A DNA stretch of 42,496 bases, taken from Vicinamibacteria bacterium (GTDB taxonomy: Bacteria; Acidobacteriota; Vicinamibacteria; Fen-336). The stretch's first letter is position 1. Every line of letters begins with the position of its first letter. Where the stretch lies: the NCBI GenBank assembly GCA_035251085.1, contig DATFEN010000010.1, positions 1 to 42,496 on the forward strand. Direction: 5' to 3'. The notes beneath the pieces are model-generated. The model did not search any database. It saw only the letters and a program-made list of their open reading frames with translations, and was not told the origin of the DNA. The position numbers and the translations under genes were made by a program. Positions 15,673 through 23,511 of this stretch are shown in pieces.

Positions 15673-17000
15673 TACTGCACGTACCCGAGCGCCTTCAGCT
15701 CCTCGGCCTGCTCGCGGGTGAGACGCACCGTCTCGGCGAACTCGCGCGGGTACGTCTCGGCCTTGTGCTCGAAGGCACGCAGGCTCTGCTTGAGGTCCGA
15801 CGCGACCTGCGGAAGCTCACCGGCAAGGTTCGTCCCTTCCTTGGGGTCCGTCTCGAGGTCGTACAGCTCTTCCCTGCCTTCGGGCAGGTTGAGGATGTAC
15901 TTGTAACGCTCCCGGACCACCGCCTTCTTGGCGAGGCGGACGTCCGAAGGCTCCCACCAGCGCATCGGGTAGAACGTCCGCGGGCCGCTCACCTCGCCGC
16001 GCAGCGTCTTGAGGAGGCTGATGCCCTGGTCGCGCGCGCTGGGCGGCGCCTTCGCGACCTCACGTAAGGTCGGAAGGATGTCGATGGTGGTCACGGGCGT
16101 TGCGACGCGGCCGGGCTGGAGCAGGCCCGGCGCGTAGACGATCAGCGGTACTCGTAGCAGCTCCTCGTAGACCTGGTTGTCGTGACCCGTGCCGCCATGG
16201 TCCCAGAACTCCTCGCCGTGGTCGGCGGTGATCACGACGAACGATCCCGGCCCGGTCAGCGAAAGCGCCTCGAGGTGTGTCTTGAGCTCGCTGTCCAATA
16301 GCGTGAGCGCGGCGTCGTAGAGGTCGACGTTGGTTTCGATCTGCGTCTTGCCCGGCTTCGCGGGCTCCCGATACGGACCGTGCCCCTCGATGTAATGAAG
16401 ATAGAGGAAGTACGAGCCGCGCCTCGCCAGCTCCGCCTTCCACTTCGCGACGCGGTCGCGGACGGCGCCGTGGCTCTTCATCATGAAGCGGTCGAAGCCC
16501 CGGGCAAAGCCCATCGGCCTGCCGATGTTGACGTTGTCCGCCGCGCCGTAGGTGCGGTAGCCGGCTCGCCTCATGACCTCGGGCAGCGTCTCGGCGGCCT
16601 GGGGGATCCGGTTGAGCTGGACCTCGTCGCCTTGGTTCAACGCGCGTCGGGTCGCCAGGAATCCGATGAGGACGCCGTGCTGGTTGACCCACAGGCCGGT
16701 GAAGATCGAGGCCATGGAGGACGGGGTCCAGCTCGACGGCGCCCAGGCCTTCTCGAAGACGACGCCCTTTGCAGCCAGCTGCGAGAGGAACGGCATGGTG
16801 TCCCGGGCGTAGCCGTAAGGGGCCAGATGATCGGAGCGCACGGTGTCCAGGAGCACGAACACGATGCGCGGCGGACGCTCGGCCTCGCCGCTCGCGACGG
16901 GCGCGGGCGAAGCCGGCGCGTCTTGCCGCCTGCAGGAGCCGGTCGCGAGCAGGGCCGCGGCGACGCATGCGTGACGGCACAGGGACATGGGGGCCACCAC
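15672..17000 (-). CDS. sulfatase-like lipoprotein, paralogue of 8841..11009, also lacking the FGly motif
   Basis: Lipobox LLATGSC. VLLDTVRSDH, APSSWTPSSMASIFTG, ADHGEEFWDHGGTGHD, and a C-terminal ...LKALGYVQ. The start is either GTG 17000 or ATG 16988. Confidence 0.8.
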   Translation of the reverse strand: MVAPMSLCRHACVAAALLATGSCRRQDAPASPAPVASGEAERPPRIVFVLLDTVRSDHLAPYGYARDTMPFLSQLAAKGVVFEKAWAPSSWTPSSMASIFTGLWVNQHGVLIGFLATRRALNQGDEVQLNRIPQAAETLPEVMRRAGYRTYGAADNVNIGRPMGFARGFDRFMMKSHGAVRDRVAKWKAELARRGSYFLYLHYIEGHGPYREPAKPGKTQIETNVDLYDAALTLLDSELKTHLEALSLTGPGSFVVITADHGEEFWDHGGTGHDNQVYEELLRVPLIVYAPGLLQPGRVATPVTTIDILPTLREVAKAPPSARDQGISLLKTLRGEVSGPRTFYPMRWWEPSDVRLAKKAVVRERYKYILNLPEGREELYDLETDPKEGTNLAGELPQVASDLKQSLRAFEHKAETYPREFAETVRLTREQAEELKALGYVQ

Positions 17001-17015
17001 CTAGCGGGACGCGGC

Positions 17016-18236
17016 TCAGGGCGCCGAGCTCGTGTAGTCGACCTTGTAGACGAGCCGCGCCGTGCCCACGCGGATCTCCTCGCCACCCTTGAGGCGGGCC
17101 GTCTCCACGCGGCGTCCATTGACGAAGATGCCGTTGCGGCTCTTGAGGTCGGTGATGGTGAAGCCCTCGCCGGTGCGATCGATGCGCGCATGGAAGGACG
17201 AGACCTTCGGGTCGGTGATGACGATGTCGTTGTTGCGATGCCGGCCCAGCGTGTGGGAGTCGCGGTTGAGCGGGAACGACGTCTCGCCCGCGGCCGCGAG
17301 CAGCGTGAGGCGGCTGACCACTACCTTGTTGGCGGCGGCCAGGTACTGGATCGCCCGCGGGTTGACGACCTCCTTGGTGTCGTCCTCGAGGCGCCGCTGG
17401 TGGACCGGGGGGCTGAACTCCACCGACACCTTCCCCGCCGGCGGCCCGCTGCCGAAGTGCTGGGTGCCGCCGGGCTCCAGGGGTGCCGGAAGCCGGGTCG
17501 CGAAGTCCTCCGGCGTCTCGGGCATCGGCCCCACGACCGCCACGAACTTCGCCTGGACCAGGTTGTGGAGGATCTGGAGCGTGGCCAGCTCGTCGGGGTT
17601 GCCCGCAAGCCGGCAGATCTCCGTGAGGCTGCGCCGGCCGTCCACCAGGAAGAAGACCTGCCACTCCTCCTTGGTGAGGTTGACGCTCTGCTTCACGCGC
17701 TCCGGATTGGCGAGCGCCTCGACCACCATGTTCAGGTCGGGGAAAACGTCGGCCAGCCGGGCGCGCTCGTCCAGGCGCCGCACACCCTCCATGACGAGGT
17801 TCTGGAGGTTCATCTCCAGCGTGACGGCCGTCGCGGGCGGCGGCACCCTGTCGAAGAACACGAAGGTGCCGGCCCGCCAGCCGAAGGTGTCGAAGATGAC
17901 CTCGGAGACCTGGACCTTCAGGTAGCTCGCGAGCTCGTCCTCGCTCAGGAGCTTGCTCGAGAGCAGCATCTGGCCGACGCGCCCGCCGCTCTGTTGCTGA
18001 AGGACGCGGTCGAGATCCTCGGCCTTCACCTTGCCCAGCCGCACCAGCGTGCTGCCGAGGCGCAGGTCCTCGCGTGTGGAGGTCGCGAAGACCGGCTTGC
18101 CGCCCCTGAGGAACAGCTTGGTCTCCTGTTGGGGCCGCTCGAGCACCAGCACGCCGGTGCGCCTGCCGAGATCGAGGAAGGTGAGCAGGTCGGGGACCTC
18201 GAAGCGCTCGAGGCTTCCTTCGAGGATGTTCTCCAT
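17016..18236 (-). CDS. DUF4388 (PATAN-like) plus FHA domain signalling protein
   Basis: The N-terminal LEGSLERFEVPDLLTFLDLGRRTGVLVL is the DUF4388 signature. The C-terminal FHA reads LGRHRNNDIVITDPKVSSFHARI...NGIFVNGRRV. Confidence 0.8.
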   Translation of the reverse strand: MENILEGSLERFEVPDLLTFLDLGRRTGVLVLERPQQETKLFLRGGKPVFATSTREDLRLGSTLVRLGKVKAEDLDRVLQQQSGGRVGQMLLSSKLLSEDELASYLKVQVSEVIFDTFGWRAGTFVFFDRVPPPATAVTLEMNLQNLVMEGVRRLDERARLADVFPDLNMVVEALANPERVKQSVNLTKEEWQVFFLVDGRRSLTEICRLAGNPDELATLQILHNLVQAKFVAVVGPMPETPEDFATRLPAPLEPGGTQHFGSGPPAGKVSVEFSPPVHQRRLEDDTKEVVNPRAIQYLAAANKVVVSRLTLLAAAGETSFPLNRDSHTLGRHRNNDIVITDPKVSSFHARIDRTGEGFTITDLKSRNGIFVNGRRVETARLKGGEEIRVGTARLVYKVDYTSSAP

Positions 18237-18249
18237 CGCGACCCGCGGA

Positions 18250-18259
18250 ATGCTACCAT
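18250..18259. promoter_or_regulatory. overlapping face-to-face extended -10 boxes: TGCTACCAT (+, for JAMM) and TGGTAGCAT (-, for the FHA gene)
   Basis: The + box ends 11 nt before GTG 18271. The - box ends 13 nt before ATG 18236. Confidence 0.4.
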
Positions 18260-18270
18260 GCCGCTCCCGC

Positions 18271-18693
18271 GTGAAGATCCGCCGCAGCGACCTGAGCGCG
18301 CTGGTGGCCCACGCCCGTGCGGGTCATCCCGACGAGGTCTGCGGCGTGCTCCTCGCCGACGCGCACGCGCCCGCGCGCGTCGCCCAGGTGGTGTCGGTCG
18401 CGAACGTCTCGGCCGAACCTCGCCGCCACTTCGAGATCGCAGCCGCAGACCTGCTACGCATCCAGAGCGAGGCCCGCGCCGACGGCCGGGAGATCTTGGG
18501 TTACTACCACAGCCATCCTGGCCATCACGCCACGCCGTCGGAGACGGACCGGCGCCTCGCGGCGGAGGGGCTGTCCGACGGCGTCGTCCACCTGATCGTC
18601 GGCATCGGTGCGGACGGCGAGGCCGTCAGCCTGGCCTGGGTGTTCCGCGACGCGGCGCTCGGCTTCGAGGCGGAACCGCTGGAGATCGAATGA
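18271..18693 (+). CDS. JAMM/MPN+ (Mov34) family metalloprotease
   Basis: EVCG, then HSHPGHHATPSETD, giving the JAMM E...HxH...S..D motif. The track ORF (from 18031) overlaps the divergent FHA gene. An in-frame GTG at 18271 lies 11 nt after TGCTACCAT. ATG 18250 is an alternative start. Confidence 0.8.
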   Translation: MKIRRSDLSALVAHARAGHPDEVCGVLLADAHAPARVAQVVSVANVSAEPRRHFEIAAADLLRIQSEARADGREILGYYHSHPGHHATPSETDRRLAAEGLSDGVVHLIVGIGADGEAVSLAWVFRDAALGFEAEPLEIE

Positions 18694-18713
18694 CCGCGAG
18701 CCGATCCATTCGC

Positions 18714-20054
18714 TCAGCGCCGCTTGCGCCTCTTTCCGTCCGACCGAGCCGGCGGACCGCCGGGCTTCACCGGCACGAGAGCCAGCCCCAGGGCTCCCAG
18801 CGCAGCGACCTGATCCCATGGCGTGAGGAACGTGCCCGAGACGAAGCCGCGGTAGTAGGCGAGCGCCCCGAGGCCGAGGAGTGCAAGCGCCGGCAGCAAC
18901 GCCAAGGCCAAGCCCCAGCCGCGACGCGCCGCGAGCGGGAGCAGGTTCGGGAGCAGCAACGCGAACAGCGTCGGCACCGGATTCCGGTAGAGGAGGAACC
19001 CGAAGAGGAGCGCGTGCACGAAACGCGCGGTCCGAACGCGGCCGCCGGCGCGCAGCGCGAGCCGGAATCCCGGGATGATCGAAGCGACGCCGATCAGCAC
19101 CAGCGTCGTCGCGCCGATCATGATCCCGAAGGCCGAGAACCAGTGCGGCTCCGCCGGTCCGCCACGCGGCGCCATCTCGATCGCGCGCACGGCGCCCACC
19201 ACGGCTCGGCCCATGCGCTCGAGGGCTGCCGGATCCAACTGATCGGCGATGTCCGTCGCCTGGTGGTACTCGGGATAGAAGCGCGTGAAGGACGAGTCGG
19301 TCACGAACACGGCCGGCAGTCGAGCCTGGAGGAAGGCCAGGTCGTCGCCGTAGAGGCTGGCTCGCCAGGTGCGCACGGCAGCCTGATGCAGCCACGGGAT
19401 CAACGGGTCGCCGAACGCGAACGGAGCTCCCGCGTTTCGCGCGCCGCGCGCCGCGGCCTGCATCAGCCAGCGCGGCGCGATCAAGCTGCCGTCCTTGTGC
19501 AGCGGATCCGCGTAGGCGAGGGCCTGGAACGCGGGAGTCCCGCCCGGCCAGCCGCACATCTCGATGACGAAGGCGCCGACCAGGTCGCGCGCCTGCGGAC
19601 CCAACTCCCTCACGTAGGCGCGTGACCCGGCTACGGTCGTCCTGCCCGTCGCCTCCTCGCCGTCGAATGAAACGAACACGACCGTCCGGGCGCGCAGTAC
19701 GTCCGTTGCCAGGACGCGGGCGGTCTCGATCAGCACGCCAACGCCGCCGCCGTCATCGTACGCGCCGGGCGACTCCGGCGCGGTATCGTGGTGGGCGGCC
19801 ACCACGATGAACTCCGTTCCGGGCCCGCGCAGCACTCCCTGCACGTTCGCGCCGGTCACGCCGAAGCTCTCGAAGGCCTGCCGGCGGACCTCCTGGAGGC
19901 CGGCTTCGCGGAACTGCGACTCGACGTAGCTCGCCGCCAGGCTGACGCGGGGCGAGCCCAACGGGTGCGGGCCGAGGGCGGCGAGGCGCGACGCGTGCCG
20001 GAGCGCCGCCTCGCCGGAGACGCTCGCGGCGAGCAACAGCGCGGCCTGGAGCAT
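18714..20054 (-). CDS. M28-family metallopeptidase fused to a C-terminal module of about four TM helices
   Basis: VVAAHHDT, DDGGGVGVLIE and FDGEEA match M28 zinc-ligand motifs. The last ~150 aa are hydrophobic helices (FGIMIGATTLVLIGVASII..., ALLFGFLLY..., LALLGLGALAYY...). Confidence 0.75.
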   Translation of the reverse strand: MLQAALLLAASVSGEAALRHASRLAALGPHPLGSPRVSLAASYVESQFREAGLQEVRRQAFESFGVTGANVQGVLRGPGTEFIVVAAHHDTAPESPGAYDDGGGVGVLIETARVLATDVLRARTVVFVSFDGEEATGRTTVAGSRAYVRELGPQARDLVGAFVIEMCGWPGGTPAFQALAYADPLHKDGSLIAPRWLMQAAARGARNAGAPFAFGDPLIPWLHQAAVRTWRASLYGDDLAFLQARLPAVFVTDSSFTRFYPEYHQATDIADQLDPAALERMGRAVVGAVRAIEMAPRGGPAEPHWFSAFGIMIGATTLVLIGVASIIPGFRLALRAGGRVRTARFVHALLFGFLLYRNPVPTLFALLLPNLLPLAARRGWGLALALLPALALLGLGALAYYRGFVSGTFLTPWDQVAALGALGLALVPVKPGGPPARSDGKRRKRR

Positions 20055-20065
20055 GCGGGAGCGCG

Positions 20066-20083
20066 ATTATAGCGTGCTAGAAT
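20066..20083. promoter_or_regulatory. divergent promoter core: TATAAT on the - strand (20066-20071, 11 nt before the M28 ATG) and TGCTAGAAT on the + strand (20075-20083, for the cupredoxin-kinase pair)
   Basis: AT-rich island GATTATAGCGTGCTAGAATCC in GC-rich DNA. The + strand transcript would carry the GAAGGAGG SD at 20104-20111. Confidence 0.5.
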
Positions 20084-20114
20084 CCCCGGGTTTCCACGAC
20101 CATGAAGGAGGCTC

Positions 20115-20768
20115 GTGCGCGCGCTCCTCGCCTTGGCGCTCCTCCCGGTTAGCTCTTCCGCCCTCGCCGGCACCATCTCCGGGAGCGTGGCCGTCACCGA
20201 CAAGGGCGGCCGGCCCGCGACCGACCTCCAAGAGACGGTCGTGTATCTCGAGGGCGCGAAGGCGAAGCCGAAGCCGCTCACGGCGAGCATCGTGATGCGC
20301 GGCAAGGCGTTCCAGCCGCACCTGGTCGTGGTCCCCGTGGGCAGCAGCGTGGCCTTCCCGAACGAGGATCCCATCCTCCACAACGCGTTCTCGGTCTCCG
20401 GCGAGAACCGCTTCGACCTCGAGCTGTACAAGCGCCCGCAATCCAGGTCGCAGACGTTCCAGAAAACGGGCGTCGTGCGCGTCTACTGCAACATCCACCC
20501 GCAGATGAGCGCGATCGTGCTGGTTGCCGATTCGGCCCACTTCGCCAAGGCGGGCGCGGACGGCGCGTTCAGCATCGAGGACGTGCCCGCGGGCAGCTAC
20601 GTGCTCCGCGCGTGGCACGAGCGAGGCGGAGAGGCCTCCCAGGAGCTGACCGTGCCCGCCGACGGCGTGGTGCGCGCCCAGCTCGCGCTCGACGCGTCGG
20701 CCTTCAAGCGCGTCCCGCACAAGAACAAGTTCGGCAAGGACTACAGCGCCTCGGGGGACAAGTACTGA
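20115..20768 (+). CDS. secreted cupredoxin-fold protein with an intact type-1 copper ligand set and a CarboxypepD_reg-like C-terminal domain
   Basis: Signal peptide MRALLALALLPVSSSALA. ...ILHNAF...VYCNIHPQMSAIVLV supplies His89, Cys125, His128 and Met131. A GAAGGAGG SD lies just upstream of the GTG start. Confidence 0.7.
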   Translation: MRALLALALLPVSSSALAGTISGSVAVTDKGGRPATDLQETVVYLEGAKAKPKPLTASIVMRGKAFQPHLVVVPVGSSVAFPNEDPILHNAFSVSGENRFDLELYKRPQSRSQTFQKTGVVRVYCNIHPQMSAIVLVADSAHFAKAGADGAFSIEDVPAGSYVLRAWHERGGEASQELTVPADGVVRAQLALDASAFKRVPHKNKFGKDYSASGDKY

Positions 20769-22808
20769 ATGGGCCTCACCCAGAAGGTCCTGGTCTTCAT
20801 CAGCCTGATCGTCGTTGCGCTCGCCGCGACCACCTTGATCTACACGACACGCCAGGCCGACGCGCTGGCCCACCGGACCGTCCAGGCCGGCCTCGGCGAG
20901 ACGCGGGACGTGTGGGACACGTTCCAGAAGGACCGCTACAGCAAGCTCACGCTGGGCGTCCGCGCGCTCGCCAACGATCCGTACTTCAAGCCGCTCGTGG
21001 AGACGCGCGACCAGGACTCGGTGGCCGACACGCTCAAGGAGCGCGGCCAGGACATCAAGGCCGACTTCTTCATCGCCACGGATCCCGCGGGCGTCGTGAT
21101 CGCGCGCAGCGACCGTCCGGGGAGCGGCGAGGACCTGTCGCAGGACCCCGTGGTCATGAAGCCGCTCGAGGGCGACGAGTCGGCGACGGTCTGGCGCCAG
21201 GGCGAGAGGCTCTACCACGCGGTCGCCGTGCCGATGGTCACCGGCAACGACCTGAAGGGCGTCTTGATCGCCGGCTACGCAATCAACGAAGGACTCGCCG
21301 GCGACATCCGAAAGCTGACCCACAGCGAGATCGCCTACCTCGTCCAGGAGAAGGGCAAGCCGCCGGCCCTCTCGGTCTCGTCGCTGGGCCCGAAGGAGAG
21401 CGCGCTGCGGGCCGCCCTGGACCGGCCGGAGTTCGCGAGCGCCGCGGCCGAGCCGTTCGAGGTCGCGCTGGCCGGCGAGCCCCACATCGGCGTCGTGGTG
21501 CCGCTCCTGTCCGCGGCCGGCGAGGCCGTCGGCGCCGTCGTCGCGCTGCGCAGCCTGGCGACCGAGATGGCCTCCTTCCGCCAGTTCCGGAACAGCCTCG
21601 TCCAGGTGTCCCTCGTCGTGATGGCCGCGGCCCTGGTCCTCGCCTACGTCGCCGCGCGGCGCATCACCGACCCCGTGCGAACCCTGGTGAGCCTGGTGGA
21701 GAGGGCGCGCGACGGATCGTATGCGGGCGCGGTCTCCGTCAGCACCCGGGATGAGATCGGCGTGCTCGCCCGCGCCTTCAACAGCCTGCTCGCCGACCTT
21801 CGCGAGAAGGAGCAGATGATCGGCTTTCTGCGCGAGGGCATGACGACCATGCTCAAGAAGGGCGGCGCGACGCTGCCGCAGGCTAGTAGCGACATGACGA
21901 GCGCCGAGACGGCTTCACTTTCCAGCATGCCCACGGCCGTCAAGATGGAGACCGGCTCTCACTTCGCCGGTCGCTACGAGATCCTGTCCATGCTCGGCAA
22001 AGGCGGGATGGGCGTCGTGTACAAGGCCCACGACCGCCAGCTGGACGACGATGTCGCGCTCAAGGTGCTGCGTCCCGATGTCGTGAAGGATGACCCGACG
22101 CTGCTCGAGCGCTTCAAGCAGGAGATCAAGCTCGCCCGCAAGATCACCCACCGATGCGTGCTGCGCACCCACGATTTCGGCGAGGCCGACGGCACGCCTT
22201 ACATCTCGATGGAGTTCCTCGAGGGCGTCACGCTCAAGGACCTGCTCCGCAACAAGGGCGCGCTGCCGATCGGCGTGGGCCTGCGCATTGCGAAGCAGAT
22301 GTGCCAGGGCCTCGATGCCGCCCATCGCCAAGGCGTGGTCCACCGCGACGTCAAGCCGCAGAACATGCTGATCCTGCCCGAGACCGGCGAGCTGAAGATC
22401 ATGGACTTCGGAATCGCCCGCGCGGCCACGCTCAAGCAGGGCGAGTCGGGCCTCACCACAGCCGGGACCGTGATGGGCACACCCGACTACATGCCGCCGG
22501 AGCAGGCGCAGGGGGCCGCGGCCGACTTCCGCTCGGACATCTACTCGCTCGGCGTGGTGCTCTTCGAAGTGTTCACCGGGCGGCTGCCGTTCGGCGGCGA
22601 CACCGCGATGAAGGTCGTCATGGCCCACATCCAGCAGCCGGCGCCCGCGCCGCGCACGCTCAACCCGCGCCTTCCCGTGGAGCTCGAGGCCGTGATCGTG
22701 CGCTGCCTGGCGAAGAGCCCGGACCAGCGCCCCGAGCACGTGGCGGACGTGCTGAAGGACCTGACCGCCGTGTCGTCGCAGGCCGAGGCCGGCGCGAGCG
22801 CGGCCTAG
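20769..22808 (+). CDS. receptor Ser/Thr protein kinase: TM, ~245-aa extracytoplasmic sensor domain (Cache/PDC-like), TM, HAMP, Hanks kinase
   Basis: GKGGMGVVYKA, VALKVL, HRDVKPQNML, DFGIAR and GTPDYMPPE. The HAMP-like segment DPVRTLVSLVERARDGSYAG...EIGVLARAFNSLLADL follows TM2. Its ATG immediately follows the upstream TGA. Confidence 0.85.
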   Translation: MGLTQKVLVFISLIVVALAATTLIYTTRQADALAHRTVQAGLGETRDVWDTFQKDRYSKLTLGVRALANDPYFKPLVETRDQDSVADTLKERGQDIKADFFIATDPAGVVIARSDRPGSGEDLSQDPVVMKPLEGDESATVWRQGERLYHAVAVPMVTGNDLKGVLIAGYAINEGLAGDIRKLTHSEIAYLVQEKGKPPALSVSSLGPKESALRAALDRPEFASAAAEPFEVALAGEPHIGVVVPLLSAAGEAVGAVVALRSLATEMASFRQFRNSLVQVSLVVMAAALVLAYVAARRITDPVRTLVSLVERARDGSYAGAVSVSTRDEIGVLARAFNSLLADLREKEQMIGFLREGMTTMLKKGGATLPQASSDMTSAETASLSSMPTAVKMETGSHFAGRYEILSMLGKGGMGVVYKAHDRQLDDDVALKVLRPDVVKDDPTLLERFKQEIKLARKITHRCVLRTHDFGEADGTPYISMEFLEGVTLKDLLRNKGALPIGVGLRIAKQMCQGLDAAHRQGVVHRDVKPQNMLILPETGELKIMDFGIARAATLKQGESGLTTAGTVMGTPDYMPPEQAQGAAADFRSDIYSLGVVLFEVFTGRLPFGGDTAMKVVMAHIQQPAPAPRTLNPRLPVELEAVIVRCLAKSPDQRPEHVADVLKDLTAVSSQAEAGASAA

Positions 22809-22814
22809 CCGCGC

Positions 22815-23405
22815 TCAGGGTCCGTCGATCGAGACCACCCGGACCACCGGGTTCAGGTTGAACAGCCCCGCGGCGCCGCCCGCGAGGAAGGACTTCTCGC
22901 CGTCGAAGTCGAGCGTGATCGTGGTTCGCGTGTTCTCGCGGACCTCGAACTCGCGATCGAGGGTGACGACGGCCGCGGGAACGCTGACGGCGCGGGCCCG
23001 CCCGCCCGGATTCTGTCGGTTGGCCCTGCACGCCGGCAGCTGAGTGTCGTTCTCGAAGAACAGGTGGGCGTCGGCGATCGCCAGGCGGATCTGGGTGTAG
23101 CGGCCCTCGGGCGGCGAGCCGGACGCGAGGACCTCGTTGTGGCCGTCCTCGAGCCGCTTCAGGTCGCAAGTGCGGCTGCCGCCGCCTTCGAAGCTCAGCC
23201 CCTCCATGTCGCCGTCGTCGCTGCGAACGCTGACGTCGGAGAACGTGACGAGCACGGCCAACGCGTCGTTGAAAGGCGCGTCGTGCATCTGGATGACGAG
23301 TGTGCCGCCCCCGTCGGGCGCCGTTCCGGAGTCGCCGCCACAGGAGAGCGACGCCACCGCGGTCACGACCATTCCAAGAGTGCGTAATGAGCGCAAAGGA
23401 GTCAT
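22815..23405 (-). CDS. DUF4382-like lipoprotein
   Basis: Signal peptide with lipobox, MTPLRSLRTLGMVVTAVASLSC. The start is ATG 23405, preceded by AGGAGGGG at 7-9 nt. The track start at 23423 is a GTG lying inside that SD region. Confidence 0.65.
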   Translation of the reverse strand: MTPLRSLRTLGMVVTAVASLSCGGDSGTAPDGGGTLVIQMHDAPFNDALAVLVTFSDVSVRSDDGDMEGLSFEGGGSRTCDLKRLEDGHNEVLASGSPPEGRYTQIRLAIADAHLFFENDTQLPACRANRQNPGGRARAVSVPAAVVTLDREFEVRENTRTTITLDFDGEKSFLAGGAAGLFNLNPVVRVVSIDGP

Positions 23406-23511
23406 GAGAATACCCCTCCTCACTTAGACCATAGGCCGGGCGGGCGTATCCCGGGTGTGCGTCACGTCACGCCGGGATCTGAACGTCTGGCGCGGATCCT
23501 GGGTCGGCCCT

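Noticed and set aside
18031-18270. N-terminal extensions of track ORFs (18031 for JAMM, 25621 for the amidohydrolase, 32769 for the Mo subunit, 41329 for liuB, 3150 for the kinase, 34190 for the M20 gene)
   Set aside because: The extended parts overlap neighbouring genes and are low-complexity. Internal starts give canonical N-termini, signal peptides, an SD or a -10 context.
1010-19625. Very long shadow ORFs on the track (for example 1010..2920 -, 1342..3141 +, 5064..6359 -, 7268..8701 -, 8844..10376 -, 11177..13705 -, 16060..17664 -, 16380..19625 +)
   Set aside because: Each lies antisense to, or out of frame with, a gene that has clear family motifs. Their translations are dominated by R, A, G and P with no recognisable motifs. 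This is the expected absence of stop codons in 70% GC sequence.
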